Assembly (NCBI GenBank): GCA_963755125.1
Contig: CAVWIP010000005.1
Location: 1-64,000, forward strand
Reading direction: 5' to 3'
DNA: 64,000 nucleotides
DNA from: an uncultured delta proteobacterium
GTDB lineage: Bacteria > Myxococcota_A > Polyangia > Fen-1088
Shown: positions 55,560-64,000 of the stretch, piece after piece
How the letters are laid out: the number at the start of each line of letters is the position of its first letter
Numbering within the stretch: the stretch's first letter is position 1
The notes under the pieces: model-generated
What the model was told of the DNA's origin: nothing
The model's input: only the letters and a program-made list of their open reading frames with translations
Databases searched by the model: none
Made by a program: the position numbers and the translations under genes

Positions 55560-57263
55560 GTGAGCGAGACGCGCAAACCAGCCTCAGAATCCGAGGGCCG
55601 TGTTGCGGCCCTGCCCCGCACCCGCGCCCAACTCGACCGCGGCTGTCGCGGCCGGCGTGCCGACGCGATGTTCGCCGCGGCCGATCCGGTCAGCGCCATT
55701 CGCGCCCTGCCGGCCGACGAGTTCTTCTACGTCGTGCATGATCTGGGCTTTCCGGAGGCCCTCGATGTTTTCGTTCAGGGCACGGCTGAGCAGGTGCAAG
55801 GCGCACTTGACCTCGCCCTCTGGGACCGCGACCAGATCTCCCGCGAGCGCGCTGACGAGTGGCTGGCCAACATGGCGCAGGCTCCCTACGAAACCGTGGC
55901 GGCCTGGGTACGGGGCCTCGACATCGAACTGGTCGCCCTGCTGATTCGCCAGCGGGCTCGCATCTACGACCTGTCACTGGAGGAACCTCCTGACGATCCC
56001 GAGGGCGACCTGCTCGACACACCGGATCGCCTCTTCACGCTGGAGTTGCTGGGCGACGAGGAAACCCAGCGGGCGACCCTGCATCTGGTGGAGAACCTTT
56101 ATCGCGCGGACCAGTCCATGATGCGCCGGATCCTCGTCGGTACGCGCTCGGAGATCGACGTGGACCTGGAGGAAACGGCCTTCCGCTGGCGATCAGGCCG
56201 CATGGCCGACCTGGGCTTCGTGGATTTCTACGAAGCTCTCGAAGTCTATCGCGAACTGGATCCTGCCAGCGTGCAACTGGAACCTGGGCCGGCCGTGTCG
56301 GCGCAAACGTCCGACGAGTCGACCGCGGGTGCCCACCAGCGCCTGCCGGTGTTGATGGCCGACCGCCTAGCCGACTCGACACCGTTCGCCCGTGCCGTGG
56401 CTGCTCTGACGTCAGCGGCGGAGGCCGCCGAGTTGCACTCCTCTCTGGTGGCGCTGTGCAACCGGGTGCTGTCCGCAGACCGGGTCTCGCCCGGAGACGA
56501 TCCGGTGGTTGCCGGCGTGCTTGCACGGGTGGCGGCCACGCTGGACCTGGCGGTGGAGTTTCTCAGCCGAGGGAACGATGCCGCTGGCGTGGCTGCGGTG
56601 CGCTGCGTACCCTTGACCAAGCTCTTCCGTCTGGGCGTCAGCCTGGTTGGCAAGCTGCACAAGCTCGCTCGGTCGCTGGTACGTGACAACCCCTTTGCCG
56701 CGCTTCGGCCCGCGGTTGATATCTGGGAGCCCGAGGACGCCGAAATCCTGGCTGCCCTGACCAGACTTCGTCCGCTATTCCCTCGCCTTCTCGACAATCC
56801 GCCAACCGCCGGAGAGCGTCCTTTTGGAAGCCTGCACGACCTGGCCACGGCCACGGCCGCCATGGAGCGAGCCGGGGCGGCCCTTGCCCTGGTGGTCGGA
56901 CTGGGCGTGCGGCCAGAGCACGTCTCTCCCGAGCGACTGAGCGTGATGGGCGTCGCCGATCCCGCCGTACTCGACACCGGACGGCTGGCACGAACGGTTC
57001 TGGTCCAACGCCTGCTCGAACTGGCGCCCGGCCCTGTCCAAGCTTTGCCGGCCGCGACCATTTCATCATTCAAGGAAAAGTTTAACGGCAGCCCAAAACG
57101 TATTGAAATAATGGCAAAATCAGCGGCGACAATTCTGCAATCTGTCGCCCCAGGAGGGTCATTCGCGACGGCTACGGAGGCGGTCGCCGCCCGCTGGCTA
57201 CACGGCCTTGCGCCGCTCGGACCAGTCCTAGTTGCGGACAAGTCGGACCGCGAACCGGGATAG
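55560..57263 (+). CDS. DUF6178-like hypothetical protein
   Basis: ALPADEFFYVVHDLG..EQVQ..LDL.LWDRD, EETAFRWRSGRMADLGF..EAL.VY and LFRLG; a myxobacterial-type family, recalled rather than searched. Confidence 0.7.
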   Translation: MSETRKPASESEGRVAALPRTRAQLDRGCRGRRADAMFAAADPVSAIRALPADEFFYVVHDLGFPEALDVFVQGTAEQVQGALDLALWDRDQISRERADEWLANMAQAPYETVAAWVRGLDIELVALLIRQRARIYDLSLEEPPDDPEGDLLDTPDRLFTLELLGDEETQRATLHLVENLYRADQSMMRRILVGTRSEIDVDLEETAFRWRSGRMADLGFVDFYEALEVYRELDPASVQLEPGPAVSAQTSDESTAGAHQRLPVLMADRLADSTPFARAVAALTSAAEAAELHSSLVALCNRVLSADRVSPGDDPVVAGVLARVAATLDLAVEFLSRGNDAAGVAAVRCVPLTKLFRLGVSLVGKLHKLARSLVRDNPFAALRPAVDIWEPEDAEILAALTRLRPLFPRLLDNPPTAGERPFGSLHDLATATAAMERAGAALALVVGLGVRPEHVSPERLSVMGVADPAVLDTGRLARTVLVQRLLELAPGPVQALPAATISSFKEKFNGSPKRIEIMAKSAATILQSVAPGGSFATATEAVAARWLHGLAPLGPVLVADKSDREPG

Positions 57264-57328
57264 CAGCCGCTGCTCTACCCTTGACACCGATGGCCAGCCC
57301 GCAGTACGTGGAAGCGCTAGCAGACAGA

Positions 57329-57393
57329 CCGCTTCCCGCGAGTCGGGAATAAAGTCCCGGCTTGCGCGGTTTGCCCGGGGGTGCCGCAAGCGG
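57329..57393 (+). promoter_or_regulatory. Structured 5' leader candidate upstream of the Gld-like ABC operon
   Basis: 12-bp stem CGCGAGUCGGGA/UCCCGGCUUGCG with loop AUAAAG, enclosed by CCGCUU/AAGCGG; TTGACA at 57281. Confidence 0.4.
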
Positions 57394-57422
57394 CTCCGAC
57401 TGAACAATTCAATGAGGATCAA

Positions 57423-58385
57423 ATGCCAGAGCTGATGATTCAGGTTGAGAACCTCACCAAGGTCTACGGCGCCACGCGGGCCGTGGACGACGTCACGTTC
57501 AACGTGCGCAAGGGCGAGGTGCTCGGGTTCTTGGGCCCCAACGGCGCGGGCAAGTCGACCACCATGAAGATGTTGACTTGCTACCTGGCGCCCAGCGGTG
57601 GCCGGGCAAAAGTGGCGGGCTTCGACGTGTTCGACGACTCGCTGGAGGTGCGCAAGCACCTCGGCTACCTGCCTGAAGACACACCGCTCTACAAGGACAT
57701 GACCGTGCTCGAGTACCTGCAGTTCGCGGCAGCCATGCGCGGCATGGCTGCCGACCGCAGCGAGAAGCGCATCAAGGAGATCGGCGGCCGTTGCGGCCTG
57801 CACGATGTGGCGGGCAAGCTGATCGGCGAGCTGTCGCGCGGCTACCGGCAGCGCGCAGGGCTGGCGCAGGCCATGCTCGACGACCCGGACATCCTCATCC
57901 TCGACGAGCCCACCAGCGGGCTCGACCCCAACCAGATCGTCGAGATTCGCAAGCTCATCAAGGAAGTGGGCCAAGAAAAGACGGTCATCCTGTCGACCCA
58001 CATCCTGCCGGAGGTTCAGGCCACCTGCAGCCGCATCCTCATCATCAGCAGCGGCAAGCTGGTAGCCGACGGCACGCCCGACGACCTGCGTGCGCGGGAA
58101 AAAGGCTGCCGCTACCGCCTGCTGGTCGAGGCCAACGGGACCACCCAGGACGCCATCAAGACGCGTCTGGGCAGCATCAAAGGCGTGTCTCGTTGCGAGA
58201 CCACGCTCGGCGAAGACGGCGCCTATGCCTTCACCTTGGATGCGGCCGCGGATGAGGATCTGCGCAAGATCCTGTTCCGTGCTGCCGTGGAAAACAAATG
58301 GACCCTGCTGGAACTGCACCGTGAGTCCGCCAGCCTGGAAACCGTGTTCCGCAACCTGACCACCAAGGAAGAGGTCAAGTCATGA
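57423..58385 (+). CDS. ABC transporter ATP-binding protein, GldA-like
   Basis: GPNGAGKST, LSRGYRQR, LDEPTSGLDPNQI and STHILPEV. Confidence 0.92.
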   Translation: MPELMIQVENLTKVYGATRAVDDVTFNVRKGEVLGFLGPNGAGKSTTMKMLTCYLAPSGGRAKVAGFDVFDDSLEVRKHLGYLPEDTPLYKDMTVLEYLQFAAAMRGMAADRSEKRIKEIGGRCGLHDVAGKLIGELSRGYRQRAGLAQAMLDDPDILILDEPTSGLDPNQIVEIRKLIKEVGQEKTVILSTHILPEVQATCSRILIISSGKLVADGTPDDLRAREKGCRYRLLVEANGTTQDAIKTRLGSIKGVSRCETTLGEDGAYAFTLDAAADEDLRKILFRAAVENKWTLLELHRESASLETVFRNLTTKEEVKS

Positions 58386-59092
58386 ACGCCGCGCTCACCA
58401 TCGCCAAGCGGGAGATCCGCACCTACTTCAACTCGCCCATCGCGTACATCGTCCTGACGGTGTTCCTACTGCTGGCGGGCTACCTCTTCTTCGGCTCGCT
58501 CTTCATCGAGCGGCAAGCCGAGTTGCGCTCCTACTTCAACCTCATGCCGCTCTTGCTCGCCTTCATCGTGCCGGCCATGGCCATGCGCCTCATCTCCGAG
58601 GAGAAAGGCAGCGGCTCGCTGGAGATGCTGATCACCATGCCGGTGCGCGACTGGCAAGTCATCGTCGGCAAGTTCCTGGCGGGCATGGCCTTGCTGGCCA
58701 CGCTGGTGGGTTTGACCTTGCTCTACGGTGTCACGGTCATGGCGGTCGGGCCGCTCGACAAGGGGCCGGCCATCGGCGGGTACCTGGGCATCCTGCTCAT
58801 GGGCGGGGCCTACATGGCCATCGGGGTCATGGCTTCGACCTTCACGCGCAATCAGATCGTCGCGTTCATCATCGGATTCGCCATCTCGTTCGCGCTGTAC
58901 CTGTTCTATCGCCTGTTGCCCTTCACTCCCGAGTCCATCCGGCCGGTGCTGGCCTACCTGAGCGTCGAGTCGCATTTCGAGGGCATCAGCCGCGGCATCA
59001 TCGATTCGCGCGACATCGTTTATTACCTGTCCGTGATGGTGGTCTCTCTGGTCATCGCCACGGTCACCCTCGAGTCCCGGAAGTGGAGGTGA
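58382..59092 (+). CDS. ABC-2 permease, GldF-like
   Basis: YFNSPIAY, MRLISEEKGSGSLEML, GKFLA, NQIVAF and RGIIDSRD. Confidence 0.9.
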   Translation: MNAALTIAKREIRTYFNSPIAYIVLTVFLLLAGYLFFGSLFIERQAELRSYFNLMPLLLAFIVPAMAMRLISEEKGSGSLEMLITMPVRDWQVIVGKFLAGMALLATLVGLTLLYGVTVMAVGPLDKGPAIGGYLGILLMGGAYMAIGVMASTFTRNQIVAFIIGFAISFALYLFYRLLPFTPESIRPVLAYLSVESHFEGISRGIIDSRDIVYYLSVMVVSLVIATVTLESRKWR

Positions 59093-59095
59093 GCC

Positions 59096-60736
59096 ATGTC
59101 ACCATCATCGAGCCAAAAGCGCGCCTACGCCTCCAACGCCATCCTCTACGCGCTCTTCGTCGTCGGCGTGGTCGTCCTGATCAACTTGATCGGCACGCGG
59201 TTCTTCGGCCGCCTCGACTTGACCGAGAACAAGGTCTACACCCTGTCACAGCCGTCACGGGATCTGGTGAAGACTCTGCCGGACTTCTTGACCGTCAAGG
59301 CCTTCATCTCGTCTGACCTGCCCCCCGAGATAAAGACCTTGTCGCGTTACGTTCGCGACATGGTCGATGAGTACCGCACCAGTTCCAACGGGAAGTTCCG
59401 CTGGGAAGCCGTCCCGGACTCGGACAAGAACATCGACCAGGACGCCACTCACTGCAAGGTCGACAAGATCCAGATCCAGGTCTTGCGTGGCACCAAGTTC
59501 GAGATGGGCTCCTACTACCTGGGCCTGTGCTTCCTGTACGGCGACAAGATGGAGTCGATCCCGCAGATCAGCCGGGCCGAGGGTCTCGAGTTCGAGATCT
59601 CATCGCTCATCAAGAAGCTGACGGTCAAGAAGAAGAAGATCGCGTTCACCACGGGCCACGGCGAATCCGACACCAACCAGGGCTTCCGCGCCTTGAAGCA
59701 GGTTCTGGAACAGGAGTACGACCTGACCACGGTGAATCCCTCGACCGCCGAGATCGCCGCTGACGTGGACGGCCTGGTTGTCGGCGGCCCCAAGCAGGCT
59801 CTCGACGAAAAAGGCCAGCGCGAGATCGACCGGTTCCTGATGACCGGCCGGGGCGCGGTCATTCTCGACGACGGCATGGCGGTCAGCTCGCCCCAGCAGT
59901 TTGCCCAGTCTGGGATGGGCCAGATCAAGATGGTGCAGACCAACCAAACCGGCCTGGACAAGGTTCTCGAACCCTACGGCTTCAAGGTCGGGCAGAACGT
60001 GATTGCGGACAACGAGGCGGCCATGCCCGGTCTCATCGACATGGGTGGCGGACGTCGAGGCCTGACCCAGCTCCCGATATGGGTGGGCGTGCAGATCGCA
60101 AAAAACCAGGGCATCTCCATCCTGGACGGCATACGCGGCCTGGTCTTCCCGCTGGCCAGCACGGTTGATCTGGTGGGCCCCCTGGCAGGCGGCAATGTGC
60201 CCGCAGGAGGCAAGCTGTGGAAGCTGGCTTCCTCCAGCCCGAGCAGTTGGAAGCACGCGAGCTTCTTCATCATCAACCAGAACACCAAGATCGAGGAATC
60301 CAAGGAACGTGGCCCGTTTGCCTTCGGCTATGCCTATCAGGGGCCGCTCAAGAGCGCCTTCGTGCCAGCGTCTGCGGCCGGCGTATCCACGGCCGAGAAG
60401 CAGCCGCTGTCCGAATCGCAGAAGCCCGTGCGCCTGGTGGTCATCGGCGACTCGGACTTTGCCAACGACGACTACTTCCAGCTCGCCCGCGCCTTCCCCT
60501 TCTACGAGGCGGGCGCGCTCATGCTCCACAACGCCATCGGCTGGACGGTTGAGGATGAGGCTCTCATCCCGCTCCGTTCCAAGTCCATGGGCAGCCGCCC
60601 GCTAGGGACGATTTCCGAAGCCAAGGCCAGCACGCTCAAGTGGGTCAACGTCCTGGGTTTGCCGGTGCTGTTCTGCGCCTACGGGGTGGTCCGCTGGCGC
60701 CTGCGCCGCATGACCCGCAGCTCTCAGACCATCTAG
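59096..60736 (+). CDS. GldG-family ABC transporter auxiliary protein
   Basis: RLDLTENKVYTLS, FTTGHGE, RLVVIGDSDF, and N- and C-terminal TMs. Confidence 0.88.
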   Translation: MSPSSSQKRAYASNAILYALFVVGVVVLINLIGTRFFGRLDLTENKVYTLSQPSRDLVKTLPDFLTVKAFISSDLPPEIKTLSRYVRDMVDEYRTSSNGKFRWEAVPDSDKNIDQDATHCKVDKIQIQVLRGTKFEMGSYYLGLCFLYGDKMESIPQISRAEGLEFEISSLIKKLTVKKKKIAFTTGHGESDTNQGFRALKQVLEQEYDLTTVNPSTAEIAADVDGLVVGGPKQALDEKGQREIDRFLMTGRGAVILDDGMAVSSPQQFAQSGMGQIKMVQTNQTGLDKVLEPYGFKVGQNVIADNEAAMPGLIDMGGGRRGLTQLPIWVGVQIAKNQGISILDGIRGLVFPLASTVDLVGPLAGGNVPAGGKLWKLASSSPSSWKHASFFIINQNTKIEESKERGPFAFGYAYQGPLKSAFVPASAAGVSTAEKQPLSESQKPVRLVVIGDSDFANDDYFQLARAFPFYEAGALMLHNAIGWTVEDEALIPLRSKSMGSRPLGTISEAKASTLKWVNVLGLPVLFCAYGVVRWRLRRMTRSSQTI

Positions 60737-60752
60737 CCAGTCGAGGTAGCCC

Positions 60753-62120
60753 ATGAATCGCAAGACCCTGCTCGCCGGCGCCATCTTTGCCGGCCTCGTT
60801 CTCGTCACCATCGCCCTTCTGCGCTCGCCCGAGAAGGGCACCCGGCCCACCGGGGAGCGCCCGCGTCCCATCCCCAAACTCAAGGCGAACGACTTCGACA
60901 CCCTGGAAGTGACCAAGGGTGGCGTCACCACCGTCATGAAGAAACAAGGCGATGGCTACCAGATCGTGAAGCCGGTCGATTACCCGGCCGACAAAGACGG
61001 GGCCAAGGCGGCCTTTGAAGGCATCGAAAAGCTCGAGTTCAACGACATCATCTCGGACCAGAAGAGCCGGCACAACGAGTTCGAGGTGGGTGAGGGTAGC
61101 CTGCGTGTGGTGGTGAAGAAGGGCGACAAGCTTCTGGCCGACTTGCACGTGGGCAAGACCGCGAACGACGAGAATATGGTGCGCATCGAGGGCAAGGACG
61201 ACGTGTGGGCCACGACTGGGTTCTTCAGGCACCAGTTGGACAAGGACACCCCGGCCTGGCGCGACAAGCACATCGCCCGGTTCGAGGACAAGGAGGCCGA
61301 CAAGATCGAGATCGCGACCAACGCGCACGGCCGGATCGTGGTGACGAGGCCGGCTCCCACGGATGCGGGCGCGGCGCCTGAATGGCGCGCGGTCGAGTCT
61401 AGCGTGAAGGTCGAGCCCTTTGACAAGAGGGCGGCCACCGATCTGGTTACCGCGTTCTCCACTCTGCTGGCGTTCGAGTTCGCGGACAACGTCAAGCCCG
61501 AGGAAACCGGCCTGGACTCACCCGAGAACACCATCACCGTCTCGCTGCGCAACGGCAAGCAGTATCAGCTCCTGGTCGGCAAGCACAAGGCCGACGGGAA
61601 CACCTACGTCAAGATGGCTGACAAGCCTCAGGTGTTCGTGATCACGAAGTACACGCGCGATCAGCTCAACAAGCGTCCCATCGATTTCCGCGACAAGACC
61701 GTGTGCAACCTGACCTCGGCCGAGGTGACCGAGGTCGCGGTGATGCGCGACAAGGATCCCTTCGTGCTGACCAAGGCTTCCGGCAAGACAGGAGACGACG
61801 CCTGGAAGTTGACCAAGCCGGCCGGCGCGAAGGCGGACATCTCGAAGGCCAACGCGCTCGCGGGATTCTTCCTAGATTGGAAGGCGCAGGGCTATGCCGA
61901 CGACAACTCGCCCAAGACAACCGGTCTTGCCAAGCCCGCCATCACCATCACGGCCAAATCGAACGTGAAGGGCCATGCCTGCGCGCTGAAGGTCGGGGGC
62001 GAAACCACCGACAAGAGCAACTACTACGTCATGGCGAACAACCAGCCCGACATCTTCCTGATTGGCAAGTGGGCCGTCGACCGCATCGCGGTCAAGCTCG
62101 ACGACGTCAAGAAGAAGTGA
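60753..62120 (+). CDS. DUF4340 domain-containing protein
   Basis: N-terminal TM; repeated W..P..AD..GL..P..L.VG..Y.....VF units; usual position after gldG. Confidence 0.8.
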   Translation: MNRKTLLAGAIFAGLVLVTIALLRSPEKGTRPTGERPRPIPKLKANDFDTLEVTKGGVTTVMKKQGDGYQIVKPVDYPADKDGAKAAFEGIEKLEFNDIISDQKSRHNEFEVGEGSLRVVVKKGDKLLADLHVGKTANDENMVRIEGKDDVWATTGFFRHQLDKDTPAWRDKHIARFEDKEADKIEIATNAHGRIVVTRPAPTDAGAAPEWRAVESSVKVEPFDKRAATDLVTAFSTLLAFEFADNVKPEETGLDSPENTITVSLRNGKQYQLLVGKHKADGNTYVKMADKPQVFVITKYTRDQLNKRPIDFRDKTVCNLTSAEVTEVAVMRDKDPFVLTKASGKTGDDAWKLTKPAGAKADISKANALAGFFLDWKAQGYADDNSPKTTGLAKPAITITAKSNVKGHACALKVGGETTDKSNYYVMANNQPDIFLIGKWAVDRIAVKLDDVKKK

Positions 62121-62132
62121 CGAATCGGTCAT

Positions 62133-62173
62133 GGCCGTGGCCGCCGGTGATCACACCGGCCACGGCCACGGCC
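62133..62173. terminator. GC-rich hairpin between convergent genes (possible bidirectional terminator)
   Basis: GGCCGTGGCCG-CCGGTG-ATCA-CACCGG-(CCA)-CGGCCACGGCC; no long U-tract. Confidence 0.5.
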
Positions 62174-62182
62174 TTCTGCGCC

Positions 62183-63380
<1,198 letters not shown>

Positions 63381-63383
63381 TCA

Positions 63384-64000
63384 ATGTCGCCAGTGCTCTC
63401 CGCCGACGGCGTGATCGCCGCTGCGCGGGCCTGCCGCTTCACTCTGGTCGGGGTGGCGTCGGCGGCACCCCTCGACCCGGCGCCCTTTCTGCAGTGGCTG
63501 GCAGCGGGCTATGGAACCGGGCTGGCCGCCATGCACAGGCGCGTGACCGAGCGTCTCGACCCCGGCGCCGTGGTGCCAGGCGCACGCACGGTGATCGCGC
63601 TGGGAATTCCCTATGGATCGGGTGAAGAGATGGCGGCACAGTCCGCGCGCCCGGTGATCGCGCGCTATGCCCGCGGACGCGACTACCACCTGGCCCATCG
63701 CGACCGCATGCGCGCCCTGCGCCGCCACCTGCTGGAGATGGACCCCGGATTGAACAGCTACGCTTGCGTCGACGCCGGCGTGGCCATGGAAAAGGCGTGG
63801 GCCGAGCGTGCAGGTCTGGGCTGGATCGGAAAGCACGGCCTGGTGGTCAACCGGGAGCACGGCTCGTGGTTCACCCTGAGCGTGATGGTGATAGACCGCA
63901 GCCTCGATCGCTACCACCAGCCCCACCCCAGGCTGTGCGGCGATTGCGACCTGTGCCTGCGCGCCTGCCCGACCGGCGCATTTCCTTCGCCCGGCGTGGT
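63384..64000 (+). CDS. queG: Epoxyqueuosine reductase QueG (partial, runs off the window)
   Basis: Manual translation: IARYARGRDYH, MEKAWAERAGLGWIGKHG..GSWF and CGDCDLCLRACPTGAF. Confidence 0.92.
   Translation, partial: MSPVLSADGVIAAARACRFTLVGVASAAPLDPAPFLQWLAAGYGTGLAAMHRRVTERLDPGAVVPGARTVIALGIPYGSGEEMAAQSARPVIARYARGRDYHLAHRDRMRALRRHLLEMDPGLNSYACVDAGVAMEKAWAERAGLGWIGKHGLVVNREHGSWFTLSVMVIDRSLDRYHQPHPRLCGDCDLCLRACPTGAFPSPGV

Overview
High-GC chromosomal window, most likely from a Myxococcota bacterium. The clues are a MYXO-CTERM tail, a CdbA-like ribbon-helix-helix protein, tandem myxobacterial OMP barrels, a DUF6178-like protein, PEGA/FG-GAP proteins and a mevalonate pathway. It carries about 50 genes. 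Housekeeping genes include smc (partial), ftsY, lipB, rpmB, ridA, dciA, trpBA, hemE, hemH, rarA, gap and queG (partial). There is an eight-gene translationally coupled mevalonate-HpnC-MFS-lipoprotein operon, a GldA/F/G-DUF4340 ABC operon, and many envelope and signalling genes. I saw no tRNA, rRNA, CRISPR array, transposase or phage gene. The most unusual block is about 7.5-21 kb. It holds a 1694-aa kinase/degenerate-NTPase/TPR/GAF/sigma54-activator fusion with a candidate sigma54 promoter right behind it, and a tandem HARE-HTH protein with a charge-blocked disordered linker and an apparently dead Mrr-like nuclease domain. It also holds an intact but apparently dead D-Ala-D-Ala ligase paralogue upstream of an AsmA-like/GT51 transglycosylase fusion, and a possible out-of-frame remnant of a GNAT gene. 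Other signals are a recurrent extended -10 box 6-9 nt before start codons without a Shine-Dalgarno (leaderless mRNAs), loss of SMC similarity in the first ~30 nt, a GTAG-type REP on the gap stop codon and a structured leader before the Gld-like operon. All family assignments come from reading motifs by eye, not from database searches.
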